Below are positions 22,903 to 36,955 of a DNA stretch of 64,000 nucleotides, piece after piece. A program made the translations under genes and the position numbers. Within the stretch, counting starts at the first letter, position 1. Each line of letters opens with the position of its first letter. Origin of the DNA: Pseudovirgaria hyperparasitica (Eukaryota); the NCBI GenBank assembly GCA_010093815.1, contig ML996574.1, one strand, 5' to 3'. A model generated the notes under the pieces. The model did no database searches and was not told the origin of the DNA. It worked only from the letters and a program-made list of their open reading frames with translations.

Positions 22903-24472
22903 TCATCTGAACTTCGCAGACAGGGGAGTGTTCTTCGCATTCTGCACAAACGTATCGAACACACCCTGATCAATATTAACGCCAAACACCATGCCAGCCT
23001 TGCAGTGACCATTGGCACCTCCATTGCCTTGTTTGCAGTAAAAGTAGCGTGCCTGGTCGGACTCAATCTTCAGGGTGAAAAGGAACTTCCCAGCTTGGTT
23101 GTCAGGATTGAAATTGGCGAACAAGGTGTCAACGCCTCCTTCTTTACGCTTGCAAGGATCTGCAAGGGAGGATTCTGTGAGGGTGTGGTTGCGGGCGCGG
23201 AAGTCGAATATGAGCTCGTCGCCGGCCTTGAGGCCTTGTACGAATGGCGGCGTGTATTGGAAAGGGATGTCTTGGCCGTTACCACGCACAATGACAGTCG
23301 AGCTTGCATGACCACCGGTGTTAATGGCAGAGGGAGTTTCGACGACCGCAGAAGATGCTGCTGTCTCCGTGGCAACAGACGAGACAACGGTGGAGGCAGC
23401 AGTGGGTTCCGGAGTTGCGGATGCAGGAACAGGCAGAGAAACTTTGGAGCCATTTTGATCCTTAGCCTTCTGTATGAAGGCATCCATCTTATCCTTGGGA
23501 TTGATGCCGAATACCATACCTTGACCGCAGTGATTGGCATTCTGCTGCTTGCAGTAGAACCACTTGGGTGCTGTGTCATGTACCACGAATGCTCGCTGGA
23601 ACGTCTCGCCTTCTGCGTTATCCGGATTCGGAATGAGGTCGGTGTCAAAAACGTTAATATCGCCGTTCTTGAGGGGAGTACAGGGGGTATCGAAGGTCGA
23701 TTGAGTGACGGAGTGGGCAGCACGCTTGAAGTGAAAGAGAACAACGTCACCAATCGCAGCCTCTACACGATCCGGAACGTAGTGAACGACAGTCTTACCA
23801 TCGATCTGCTCGGCCTTGAGCTCGACGTTGATGGTCTTGCCCTGTGGCTGGTCCGACGGTTGAGCTGGTAAACCGGGAGCGATTGTTCCTACAGCCTGGA
23901 TAGGAGAGCCGCCTGTAGGCGCTGGAGGTGGAGGCGGAGTAGGCGTGTATGTGACCGCATCAGTCTTCGTAGAAATGACAGAACCTTGCTCCACGTTCAT
24001 GTATACATTGGCCTTGTGCTCGATCCACGTATCAATGAAAACGACTTCAATGGCATCCTTCTCAGCACCAGGACCTGTGGGCCATACATGGGCGACGGTT
24101 TTAGGGTATTCAATCTAATGTTGTTAGCTAAGCCTAAGGATGCTACTAACGCTCGTGACTTACGTTCGTCCACATAGGTCCAGGAGCGGTGAGCATCTCG
24201 CTAGGTGCGTATGGGTTTTGGAAGACACCCGATGAAGGCAAGTAGGTTGACGTTGCTGCCCATTGGTAGTCGACCGACGTCACGCTACCTCCCTCAGTCC
24301 ATATGGATGAAGTGGCGTGGTGTTGTTGCTGTCCATTCCCGTTGCCATTCCCCCAGACAGTGACTGTCTCTGCATGACACTCGACTTCAACATTAGTCTT
24401 GTACCTTTTGTCTAGCTCGTCGGCGGCCACGAGGCCACCGAGACCAGCAAATGCAAGGCTAGAGACCTTCAT
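22903..24472 (-). CDS. Secreted protein with two cupredoxin domains; 2 exons
   Basis: Signal peptide plus DKR; intron 24115-24163. Domain 1: HSVTQSTFDTPC...WFYCKQ..HCGQGMVFGIN. Domain 2: NHTLTESSLADPC...YFYCKQ..HCKAGMVFGVN. Confidence 0.85.
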
Positions 24473-27135
24473 TATGATATGACGTGTTAAATGGAGCTAT
24501 AAATGTGCCTGAGAAGGTAGAGACACTCGATGATACCTGGTAGAAACGATCGTGCGACAACGAAAGAAGCAAGGAAATGATAAGGCAACAGGAGATGGCA
24601 AGAAGTTGTGTCGATATATGTTATTTCGGCTGATAATAGCCAAACGGTGCCGCCACTTACCAGCTGCTACTTATACACATGAGATGACCCTCACATTGAA
24701 AGCTTAAGGGCGTTCTCATCATTGAGTAGTACATACATAGGTTCTAGGAAGGCTGATAGTGTGGCTAGCTCTAGCTTGGCGAGATTCCGCAGCTGAAGGA
24801 GGCATTGTACGGCACGGTCTGACTGCTAGGTCTCGCGTTCCACGACTTAGTGAGCGGACCAAGGATGAGCCACTAGTATTATGCTTGATAGAAGCTGGTC
24901 CCTTTCTTCGTGGCTGTGGCTCAGTAAGATTCTCCATATCTCTTTCGGGAATGCATTCATCCGCATTGCTTCTCATGCCATATTCAGGTCTGGCATCACC
25001 GCAGCGAACCTGTGATATCCAAAATATTCAGTTGTAATTAGCCATAATTCTGAGGAATTCTCCACCGCAACACAAGCACGGCTCGAACTTTTCTTCAGGA
25101 GGATCGGAATACAAGCGGCCGAAACCGAATGCGAGCTGTGAATTAAAGATGAAAGGTGCGGGATGAGCCGTTGCATCCAAAGCTGTGATAGGCGCGCGAA
25201 GGACTAGTTCTGGAAGTTACTGAGTCTCGCTAATGTCGATCGAGAAATAGACTTGCAGGTACCAAAAATAGACCTTTCGCTCGCTGCTTACCAAACCACA
25301 TGGCAAGTCTCAAACCCCAGTCTTCTTGCCTGCGGGCAAAGAGATTGCCGTGGGGCTGGGGCAGCACTCCAATAGAATGCTGCTGGGCCCTGCATCTTCT
25401 TACTTGGCGTGTCAGCAATTGCGATGTGTCTCTTCGCGCTTACCCCCGGAATCCGTCTACTTGAATGATCCTGATCAGAACGAGTAGCCAATAATATTCG
25501 GAGCTGGCCAACACGCCAGTCAACCAGAACTTGATTATGGTTGACGTTTTTCGTGCGCGGGAACATGATGTTCTCAGGTCTCGAGGATCATGGATCCTTG
25601 GGGGCATCGGACCCTGGCTGAGCTGCTGCTTAGGCCTCGTACGCTTACACGCCGAATATCATGAGTGGATGTTACCACAAAAGAAACCGTAGCAGCTACT
25701 TCGCTGAATCGTATAACGCGGGCACGACTAGACTGTAAGATGGTCAATGAGCTAAGCCCAGAGTCTCTTGTAATGTAGGTCGACAAGACAAAGATCCTCT
25801 CTCGCCCCGTTGTTGATGAACCTCTTCGAGCCATATTACAATGGTGGACCGTCGTGCCTAGCAGATTCAGCAGTCGTGATAGTTGTTTTAGAAAGCGAAT
25901 GCGTGGGGGCCAAGCTGCTTGGGCAGGCCTAGTGGTCTTGCTCTAAAATCCTAGCTGGAATGCGATTGCGAGTTCGGTTTCGGTACGCTCTGTTCTCCTA
26001 TACTCATGGAGGCGCCAGGATTAAATTCTTCGAAATGAACCGATTCAATTGAAACTCCGCCTCAAGGATTCGGTGTATTCGGACTCGATAAAACAATCGC
26101 CATGTGATCATTTGATGGAGCTGTACCTAACCGTAAACACTGTTGCGATGAGCGTCGGTTTTGGAGATATAATCTCAACGCGTGCGATACTATCGTCTTT
26201 GCTGGCTGAGAGCAGCAAGTAATGCGAGACGCTGTTCTGTCCTTGTGCATAGTCAGCGAATAAGTCTTCATTGCGATGGTACCCTGTGCCACGCGACCGC
26301 GCGTTCACATCGCCGACATGCCCAAGGACCTTTTGACACAATGCGTCGCGTTTGGTCCAAGATACAAGATGGGAGCAGCATTGGATCCAGGGAAGCGTTA
26401 TAAACGGTCTTCCAGCTGCATTTTCAAGTCCTTGGGGTACCAAAACAATGACACTGTTTAGAAAGCGTTCAGGTAATGTAAAGAAGCAGAGTTGGCAAGT
26501 CCGACGTATATGTCGAGGGTATACCGCAGGAAGCTAACGAGCCGACTTCGCAAATCGTCGCAAAATACCTCAAACGTTCTCCATGTGCCGCATAGAGCTC
26601 TTCATTGAGTGGAATGTCGGGTCAAAGAGACACCATCATGCTGCGCTATAGCCTAAGTTAGAGTCTTGGAAAGCTATGGTACTATCATGAGTTTTGATTG
26701 CCTATATTATAAATGATTTCACAGTTTTAGACTAAGAATGGGAACGATGAAGTTGTTTTATTACAGCTACCAGTGGCCGGAATCGTTTTTAGGTCAGGTC
26801 GACACGGCCTGATCCCGCCATGGATCCCGAGTTTCCGACGGATCAATTCCGCTCTTACAAACTCACGTATATTCCCAATCATTGGTTTCAGACTCTCCAT
26901 GCATTGACCGGTGTCTCCAAGATCACGAAGCATGGCATTTGTCTCTTCGAAAACCCCGCTTCGACCTGATTGAGGCATGAATATTCGCACCGCCAGTATC
27001 TTGACTCATATCATCGCACTCAGCAGCCGCATCCACCCTACAGTCACCATATCAACATTCGACCACCAGCTCATGGGCAGTAATATCTCGTCCCAAGCAT
27101 TCAAACTACACGATACACTCAAGTGTTCGACAAAT

Positions 27136-28092
27136 ATGACGCGCGCACCAGTCATTTCGATCTCACACGGAGGCGGTACGGTTACCCTCACAGGAGCGCC
27201 CTGCATGCTGCAGTGTTCACTGAGTACATTCGCAAGAAAGCTGATATGCCTACAGGTCCCATGCCTGTCCTCGGCGACCCATCACACAAGGCCATTGTGC
27301 AATCTCTGCAGACCAAAGTGCCGAAGCTTCTACGGCTGAACACCCCAGATGCGCCACGGGCTATCATCCTTGTGACCGCCCACTGGAGTGAGCGAAACCC
27401 CACCATCTCCTCCGAGAAAAAGCACAAGCTATACTACGATTACGGAGGCTTCCCGCCCGAGGCGTATAAGCTGAAGTACGATGCGCCGGGCTCGCCAGAG
27501 GTTGCAAAAGAAGTCGCAGACGCACTAAGAAGCCAAGGATTCACGCCAGATATGGATGATGAGAGAGGCTGGGACCATGGAGTCTTCATCCCGATGTAAG
27601 ATATACGTTCCATGAGCCAGAGTGACAAGGCTCATTCAGTTCCACAGGATGTTGATCCATCCGTCCGCAACCGTACCCATAGTCCAGCTCTCCGTGCTCG
27701 ACTCTGAGTCTCCTGCAGACCACTACCGTATGGGTCAAGCGCTCTCCAAGCTGCGCGACTCGAATGTTGCAATCATTGGCTCTGGTTTTGCAACATTCCA
27801 TAATTTGCGCCTGATGTTTAGCGGAGCTGCTCATAATCCCGATTTCCGTGGGCGAAACAAGGAATGGAGTGATGCAGTATCGGACGGTGTGTTGGAGCCG
27901 GACGTCGAGGCACGCAAGACGAAGCTTGAAGACTGGCGAAAGTGGCCTAACAGCTATGAGATGCATCCCCGGCATGGTAGTGAGCACTTTCTGCCGCTAA
28001 TTGTCTGTGCCGGGGCTGCGGGAGAGGGTAAGGGTGGTAGTTATACGGATGAGTTTATGGGGATGGAATACTACTCTTTCTACTGGGAGTAG
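27136..28092 (+). CDS. Extradiol ring-cleavage dioxygenase class III (LigB / 4,5-DOPA-dioxygenase-like); 3 exons
   Basis: ISHGGGPMP, TAHW, YYDYGGFP, APGSP, RGWDHGVFIP, GSGFATFHNL, HP..EHFLPL. Confidence 0.92.
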
Positions 28093-28454
28093 ATAGCTAA
28101 GTCAAACATCAAGTTATACATCCCGATATTGTGTTATACGAAGCTCCGGCCATAGTGACTCGTGCTCTTGACTTCTGAGTCTAGAACGAGCGAATGCGCC
28201 AAGAACATATTCTTTGTGGTATTGGAGTCGCTTGGGTTAACGCGAACCTGATATGCACGTATATACCCCACAGGGTTGCTGTGAGGTACGCTCTTTTGTC
28301 CGAGTGTGCTTTGCCATGTCACTAGATGAGGACCGGTCGCTTTCATTCGACAGGGTGAGACTGCAGACATAATCGGGTCCGACTATTCGTATCCTGATCA
28401 TAGGACGAGATGAATGTGCCCGTTGATAGATAGAGCAGGTACGCGTGGATGCCA

Positions 28455-30146
28455 TTATCGCTTATCTCGATGTCGACTACTTCTCGATCGATTGAGGCTC
28501 GCGAATTTGTCCCGATTTGGTGAGCCATCAATCCGCTTTTTCGGCCAGTCCTTCGCAATGTCTATGCCTGATCTTGGATAGATCATCTCGAGCGCGACGA
28601 AGATGAGGTAATCGATGACCACGCAGAGGCAGAAAAGCTTGCCGGCCCAGATACCACAGCCGTAGTATCTCTTCAATCTGTCCATGAGAGCAAAACTCTG
28701 CACTCCAGCACGGCCTCGCGTAGCAGTCCATGCACCGGCGGCATGTATACCATAGAACTCCTCTTCGGGCAAAGCACCAGATATCCCTTCATATACTCGC
28801 TCTGTACGGGCTGCTACGTCTGTCCATGAGTACATCATCTTAACTTGATCGTGAAACCGCTCCGTACGAACTTTATTAGCTCGAAGCGCAGCGATAGCCC
28901 GGCCAGTTGCAGCAACCAAGTCGTCCTCTTCAGGTTTTGCGAATTGAGTCATGCGTGCAGGAAGGACTTCCGGGATGCCGCCCACCTGGGTGCAGACAAC
29001 GTACAGGCCGCAACTGGCAGCCTCGACTATGACAGTACCGAAAGCTTCAGTCAAGCTAGGGTGCAAGTATATCTGGCCACGTACCATCACATCTCGGACT
29101 TCCTCATGGCGGACGGGACCAAGCATCTCCACACGATCTTGAAGCACATTTCGTTCGACCATCTGTTCCAGGTCGATGGCCTTCGGTCCAGAGCCGGCAA
29201 TGATGAAACGTACATGTTTGTGTGAAGCTAGTATGCGAGGTATCGCCGCAATTAAAAGATCTGTGCCCTTATTGTAGAATAGGCGGGAAATTACCACGAT
29301 CGTGATTGTGTCATCCGGTCCAAGGAGGTTGATTGGTGGAAGTCTTGTACCTGTTTGACCATCTTCTGATGGCTCTACATAATTCAACGGCCGAAAGTTC
29401 TCAGCGACAACTGCATTAGGTATTACTGAGACCATCAAGGGGTCCAGAGAGGCACGCAGGACTGTGTTTTCTTTGCTGCTTCACATTAATACCCAGAAAG
29501 TCATTATTGTTCGTGATCTCACCAAGTATGGCTAACGCATATGACGTGGTCGACGTCGCTCAGGGTAAACTTGAGCAATTTGTTTGTGAGAATGCTACCA
29601 GCGTCCGCAAACCCAAAAAGAGAATGATCTGTGAAGACTGCACGTAGTCCCATGGTCCGCCCATGTAGGATGGCTTCATTACATAGACTGCTCAAGCTTC
29701 CATGTCCGTGTACAATTTCGATTCGTTCCCGAATGATTATATCTCTGAATATGGGGAAGAAGGAAAAGACAGTCGGAAACGTCGTCTCGCGGTAAATAAC
29801 GAAGAACGGAACATGGTAGACTTTCAGACCATTCGTGAGGTACCGAACACCGGTTCGGCCTTTGTATGCATGAGTGATTATGATCACTTTGTGCCCTCGG
29901 TCTATGAGTTTCTATTACTCCGTGTTATTACTCGAACGGAACAAGTATTCGATCAGCATACGCTCGAGAGTTGGTATATGTGACTTTCTACACCTCCTGC
30001 AGCCCAGTCAGTCAACAATTCCTCCAAGACTCTAAGAGTGGCATGCCTGGTTGAGGAAAGAAATAATCACTGATCATGCTGTAGTATGCGAATTAGCTCA
30101 ATTCGAAGCGTCGCGTTGTCGGCACGTACGCAATGTTGTACCGCAT
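28455..30146 (-). CDS. SPT14: GPI-GlcNAc transferase catalytic subunit (PIG-A/Gpi3/Spt14), multi-exon
   Basis: [27 protein letters not shown]..., [35 protein letters not shown], and a C-terminal TM helix. Confidence 0.96.
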
Positions 30147-30415
30147 TGTGATTCTGTATCGTCTTTCGACATATGGTGTATAGGTACAGGAGAAGATGTG
30201 GCCATCGTGGTATCATCCAGACGAACAGCACGCGCGATAACTTGCGCTTCTACTGCGAAGCGCCAAATGCAGTGGTCCAGCGTAGATGCCAAGCACCAAA
30301 GGCGGAGGTGAGCATCCGCTCCGCGGGTTAATACCGGGAAACCTTTTTTTCTTGGAATAGTTGTGAGAGTGTCTCTCATTGTGGAAATCATTCCTCTAAT
30401 CTGGGCGACAGCGTA

Positions 30416-32765
30416 ATGGCAGGCCAACTATATGCGCGGTATGTACCGCCAGTTGCCACTGCTCCCGTCGCGAAGCTTGCCTCCGACGACTTGGCGACTC
30501 AATCCAGTGCGACTCCTACGTCAATCAAGAAAGCAAAGGACAAGCGCAAGGCAAATGACACTAAAGCGAAGCCTTCGCTGAAAGATGAGGGCCGCGACCC
30601 TATGCAGGACGAGCATCTGCATACCAAAAGGAAAAAGCGAGCGAGGGAAGCTGAAGACGGGAAAGATGCGACGCGGAAACGACTTAAGCATCCCGTTGCT
30701 GAAGCACCGAACGAGCAGCAAGACATATCTCGCAGTGACAAATTTAAGGCTGTGTTCTCCAAGTTTGAGCGCTCCTCTAGAATTACGGAGGCCGTTCGTG
30801 GCAGTGGGAGAGTCGAAATTGCGACCGAAGCGCATACGAGTGCGACTGAGCCACCAGTAGAACTTCTAGGTACATTCCATATGTATATACAAGGCATGAT
30901 GCAATGCTTACATTCATGTAGATCTAGGGCCCATCCCTCAGCCCGAGCAGCCTCCAGAGGTGGAGGCCAAACCGACCTTCTCAGCACTGCCTTCTTGGTT
31001 GGCTGACCCAATCAAGATCTCGTCATCCGCCAGAACTACGTTTTCAGATTTACATCTAGACGATCATACAGTGAAACATCTTGGAAAGCTTGGCTATGAT
31101 GAAGCCTTCGCGGTACAGGCTGGATTGATACCACTCATCTCACCGGGAAAAGACAAGCATATGGGTGATATCTGTGTGTCTGCAGCTACAGGTTCGGGCA
31201 AGACGCTTGCGTATATGCTCCCAATGGTAGAGAGCCTGAAACATAGCTTGGTCACCAAGCTTCGTGGTTTAGTGATTGTTCCTACAAGAGAGTTGGTGAC
31301 GCAAGCTCAAAAGGTTGCCGAAGATTGCGCCGCAAAAACGGGGCTCAAGATTGGAACTGCTGTAGGCAATCAGGTTCTTCATGATGAACAGAGGTCTCTT
31401 GTTCGCAAGAGAAGGCGATATGACCCAGACGCAGCCAAAATACTGAACGATAAAGCTCTCCAAGTGCTGAAATCGGGCTCTCTCGAGGAGGACGAGCTTC
31501 TCGAAGATTGTCGAGATATGCTCCCCGGTCACGTCCCAATATATGAGTCCAACGTTGATATCCTGATATGTACCCCTGGGCGACTCGTTGACCATATACG
31601 CTCCACCAGGGGCTTTCACCTATACGATTTGAAATGGCTCGTTATTGACGAAGCAGACCGTCTGCTAGATCAAAGTTTTCAAGACTGGACAGAGGTCTTG
31701 ATGTCTCAGCTGGATGCACAGAAGCCTGAAGGATTACTCAGTGCGTACGAGCGCATGCTTGCTACCCTGGATCGCCCAAAGGCGCGAAAGGATCTGACAA
31801 AAATCATTCTGAGTGCCACGATGACTAAAGACCTAGCTAAATTGAGCGCACTCAGGCTTTCTAGGCCAAGGCTGCTGGTTGTCGGCGAAGAAAAAGGTGG
31901 AAAGGGTGGCACCGAGCAGATTCTGACTGACAACGAAACTTTCGATCTGCCTAAAACACTCACCGAGTATGCTCTTTCGGTGGGGGATGGGTCCAAAAAG
32001 CCCCTCTATCTGCTACACCTTCTCTCGAACAACGTCTTCGTTGACTCACCTGCAGAAGATCAGGCCGAGGCTAGTCAGAAAAAACCTACATCCAAGCTAC
32101 CCAAGGACTCTGCAGACTCTAGTAGCGATGAGGACTCTTCGAGCCACGAAGCAGAAGACTCTTCGGGAAGTGACTCGGACGCAAAGATCAATCAGCATAC
32201 GGCTCCCCCAGAAGATCCCATCGCGCAGGAAGCTAGAAGTCGACCACGATTGATTATCTTTACAAATAACAACGAAAATGCTTCTCGACTAGCCCACGTA
32301 CTGGGAGCACTCGATAGCAAATTTGCCGCAATGACGGGAGTTTTAACCAAGTCGTCCACGACGACAGTTGGAAAGAAGGTTCTTCGAGAGTTTAGCAACG
32401 GGAAGAAATCGATTCTCATAGCATCTGATCGGGCATCGAGAGGTCTTGATGTTCCTAATGTGACACATATCATCAATTACGACATACCTCGGAGTGTCGT
32501 CAGCTATGTCCACCGCATCGGACGCACAGCAAGAGCTGAACGTTCAGGTGAGGCATGTACGCTGTTCACTAGGACAGAAGCCCGATGGTTCTGGCATGAG
32601 ATTGCAAAAGGAAGTCAGATCCGACGAGTCGATAAGAGGAAGGTGATCAGGATTTCAATCAACCTAGCAGAGCATGTTAGCGACGAAATGAAGAGTAAAT
32701 ATGTTGCTGCTTTGGAAGGTCTGCGAGAGGCTGTCGAGGATAGGAAGGATGTGCCAACATCATGA
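30416..32765 (+). CDS. DBP6: DEAD-box RNA helicase Dbp6; 2 exons
   Basis: N-terminal YARYVPP; Q motif FAVQ; SAATGSGKTLAY; PTRELV; TPGRLVDH; DEADRLL; SAT; SRGLD; HRIGRTARA. Intron at about 30870-30921. Confidence 0.92.
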
Positions 32766-34869
32766 GGATGTGCATTACTCAGTGTCAACATCCTCGGTAT
32801 TTACCGAAACCATTGAGACAGCATTTCAGCCTCGCTTGAATATGAACTCAGACACTGTGCGTCATGAAGCATGTTCTCAATGGCGCCATCATACGGGTAC
32901 TCCACTGCTCCCCTGAAGCACTTGGTAGATCTGGGACCTGCAGTAGAAATATCCCAGTATATGCAGGACAAGAAATCTTGCAAAGCTTGAGTGACTTGAC
33001 TATGAGCCTATGGCGCATGAATCTAGGCGTACACTTCTCGGCGATTGTTGCGAAAGAGGAAAGTCGTCGTCAAGTTCTTTGAGAAGAAAAGCGGCTACGA
33101 AGGGGCTAAACAGTCTAGGCACCAAGGCCATCAGAGTCTCCACAACCACCAGATGCATTATGAGCTCAGTAGAAGCTGCAACGAACCAGACTATAGGAAT
33201 GAGGTTTCGCAACTAACGACACAAGCTTTGACAAGCATGACAAGCAATCTTGTCATGCCTAAGCGAGGCTTGTCAGATGCTATCGCATCATCTATTAAAC
33301 TACGCAATTCTGTGTCGCTTGATCGTGCTTCAGATAGTATGATTGGCGGGTTCCAGATATAGAGGACTGCAGCGCTAGGCTGGTAGAAGCCGGCGTCTTT
33401 GCATTGAGAGATGGATCTGCTAATACTACTGCTACTGTTGCTGATGACCGCAAACCATGTCGAATACACGACACGATTGGTGCTACATGGGAGATCAAAG
33501 AAATCCACATTTATCTGTCGCTTCGTTTACACGTCTTTGATTCTGCCCACCTGCCGCATTTATCATCGACAATCCACCGTCGCGACGCTGTAGGGCGCTT
33601 CTCGTCGGTGGCTGCGTAATGGATCGCGTTGATGGGAGAAGACAAGTTAGCATGCTCGACCGGATACTCACCTTACCGGCCACAAGTTGCTAGCTATAGA
33701 CCTCGTTTTGTCTTCATCCAGACAAAGGGCGGAGAAGTTGTCTAGAAGCGAAGCCACGGTCTGTACGCAAGCCTGGAATCATATACGAATCCGAGTCGCT
33801 AATACAGTATGGAGACTTACTATATCTATGGATCCGATGCGGTATCAAAGCGTCATGCAACTCCCGCCGCCGGCGCCTGCCAGGTGGAGATCGCGCAAGA
33901 GTGGGGACATCATCTGGCTATGGATAGATCAACTTCAATCTTGTCGTATCGTGCAATGATCTGCGTGGACCCTGCGAAAACAAGCAAGTAGTTCTATTGC
34001 GGTCTACGGCCATTTCTGTCCCTATCACGTCGCTTGACCTGCTTATCATGGATTAAGCAAATCAATTTCAGTCTCGGATTCAGAGGCCCCAGAAATATTA
34101 CCCACCGGCTGTGCAATCACTCTGTCCACCGGACACTGATGGGAAGCGCGTGCTTTTGGCTCTTGCGAGAGACCGCAACAGTCTTCTCGAACTTTTGCAA
34201 GTCGTTAAGATGATTCCACTTGACCAATGAAGGCAAAAGCACATTCCAGCAATAGAAGAAGCACCTCCTCGAGCGCCTGAGTAATCACTGCATTATCCAG
34301 GAGGAAAGACTAGCGCCGGCGATGCATACCCTCCATTCCGAATAACCATTCCAGCCTGGTGTTTCAATCTCACAGATTATCAGATTCCCACAATCAATCA
34401 CTAATCCCTGCGTGTGGCGCCAGACAAGGCGAATGGCGCAGGGTGCGGGCGCGGCGATAAAGCTTGCATCTTTGTGAGAAGGCTTGATTGTTTTCTAGCC
34501 TTGCTTGCACAACTCCATACCAACGACGGAAACCATGGCCAGATACAGCAGGTAGCGGGCGACGATCTCAAGAAACTCAAGACACCTCAATCTACCGAGG
34601 CCAATTTATACTGGTTACGGATCCACCCGAGTCTCTAATTCTGATCGATGAATGGTCCACTTCGCGAATGGCTTCATTTTGGGTCCTATCTATCCACAAT
34701 GACTGCTATCCAGACATGCTTGCAGAGGCAAGAAGCGCCCCTCCCTTGCGGACCAAAAATGCATATATATATGGAGGTTACCATTTCCCCCGAATGGTTG
34801 AGAATCATCACGAAGCAGTTCTGCCTTTTCCATTACTCTTCCACTGGCTAGACACATCGAAACTTCGCG

Positions 34870-36180
34870 ATGCCTTCTATCTTCTCTCTCACGGCCGCTG
34901 CGGTCCTTTTGACCGCGGTGGTTGCCAGTCCGGTCGAGAAACGTGGTTCATTTACGATCCAACAGTTCCAGTCTGCCAAGAAGGTTCCGCGCGTCGGTCC
35001 TCTTGCTATGTCCAGGACATACGCAAAGTATGGCGCCAAGGCACCTTCAGATGTTCAGGCTGCCGCTGCTGCTGCCAGCGGTAGTGTGACTGCTACTCCT
35101 GAGGATCAATACGACTCTCTCTACCTCTGCCCGGTCAAGGTTGGCAGTCAGACTCTTGATCTTGACTTTGACACTGGTAGCGCTGACCTGTAAGTCTCCT
35201 CTATCACCCCAGTCTCAGTCATAGTGTCGGAATTCTTGTATGGCTTGTCATGGGGTCCAAGAAACGAAATAGGCCATGATATGAAAACCAAATACTTACC
35301 AGATCACAGTTGGGTCTTCTCCACGGAGCTACCGGCCACTCAACAGTCGGGACACGCCGTGTATCAGCCCACTGCATCAAAGAAGAAGCAAGGCTACACC
35401 TGGAACATATCCTACGGCGACGGCTCCGGCGCCTCAGGCGACGTCTACGCCGACACCGTCGTCGTCGGAGGCGTAACAGCCACCTCGCAAGCCGTCGAGG
35501 CCGCAACCTCCGTCTCGTCCTCCTTCTCATCCGACACCAACGACGACGGCCTCCTCGGCCTCGCCTTCTCCACCATCAACACCGTCTCCCCCCAGAAGCA
35601 AACCACCTTCTTCGACACCGTCAAAAGCCAGCTCGCCACGCCCCTCTTCGCCGTCACCCTCAAGTACCACCAAGCCGGCACCTACGACTTCGGCTACCTC
35701 GACACCGCAAAATACACCGGCGCAATCTCCTACGTCACCGTCAACACCCAAAACGGCTTCTGGGAATTCACCGCCGGCGGCTACACCGTCGGCTCCGCCG
35801 CCCCCGTCGCCTCCTCCTTTGACGCCATCGCCGACACCGGCACCACCCTCCTCTACCTCCCCTCCGCCATCGTCTCCGCCTACTACGCAAAGGTCGCCGG
35901 CGCCGCCTACTCCAGCACCTACGGCGGCTACGTCTTTGCCTGCTCCGCCGCCCTCCCCGACTTCTCCCTCACCATCGGCGGCACCTCCCATCGTGTGCCG
36001 GGCAAGTACATCAACTACGCCCCCGCGTCTGGGAGTACCTGCTTTGGCGGCATTCAGCGGAATACGGGGATTGGGTTCAGCATTCTGGGGGATATCTTCC
36101 TTAAGAGTCAGTATGTCGTGCATGATGTGTCGCAGGCGGCGCCGCGGATCGGCTTTGCGACGCAGGCGAATCTTGCGTGA
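34870..36180 (+). CDS. Secreted aspartic protease, aspergillopepsin/penicillopepsin-like (A1); 2 exons
   Basis: Signal peptide and KR pro-site; catalytic DTGS and DTGT motifs; ISYGDGS flap; [16 protein letters not shown]. Confidence 0.95.
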
Positions 36181-36740
36181 GCACGTTCTTGGGGGGTTTG
36201 TTGAGAAAGGAGGGGTTTTGGAAGGGGGGGGCTGGGTGTATGTACGTGACATGGTGATACTGAGAGAATATGACGTATGGCCATACTGTGCTGTTGTATA
36301 TGAGGGTGATGGACACGTGACTGTTAATCCCATACAGTATTTCTTATTCATTCATCATCGGAATAAGGAAGTAAGAACGTAAGGAAAGAAATAAATAATA
36401 AAGTCTGCCCAACAGAAGACTCCATCCATCCCCCCTTACATCCCCCCTTACATCCCCTCTACATCCCCCTTACCACCCCCTTCCATCCCCTCTACCTCCC
36501 CCTTCCATCCCTCTTCCTTCCCTTCCTTCTCCTTATCCCCCTCGCAAATTACAGCACGCAGTATATACCCACCCACCCAACCAACAACCAACACCCACAC
36601 CACCGCCACCCTCCTCCTCCCTTGCCTCCTCCCCCCTCGCAACCCCTATCCCACAGCTCTTTCCTACGCTTGCTTGTAGTTGTATCTCCTGTGTCTTTGG
36701 CTTTCATAATCTATAATCATGCTGCGCGTATGTGGGGGAG

Positions 36741-36955
36741 NNNNNNNNNNNNNNNNNNNNNNNNNNNNNNNNNNNNNNNNNNNNNNNNNNNNNNNNNNNN
36801 NNNNNNNNNNNNNNNNNNNNNNNNNNNNNNNNNNNNNNNNNNNNNNNNNNNNNNNNNNNNNNNNNNNNNNNNNNNNNNNNNNNNNNNNNNNNNNNNNNNN
36901 NNNNNNNNNNNNNNNNNNNNNNNNNNNNNNNNNNNNNNNNNNNNNNNNNNNNNNN
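36741..36955. other. Assembly gap (215 N)
   Basis: Run of n, flanked by low-complexity C-rich sequence on the left and G-rich sequence on the right. Confidence 1.

Noticed and set aside
23005..23871. 288-aa antisense ORF over the cupredoxin gene (similar shadows occur over the protease, aminotransferase and HSP20)
   Set aside because: Codon-bias shadow ORFs with no independent coding signal.
15616..28092. Possible biosynthetic or catabolic cluster (hydrolase, sulfotransferase-like, cupredoxin, dioxygenase)
   Set aside because: No backbone enzyme, transporter or transcription factor; wide spacing; each family is commonly found standing alone.
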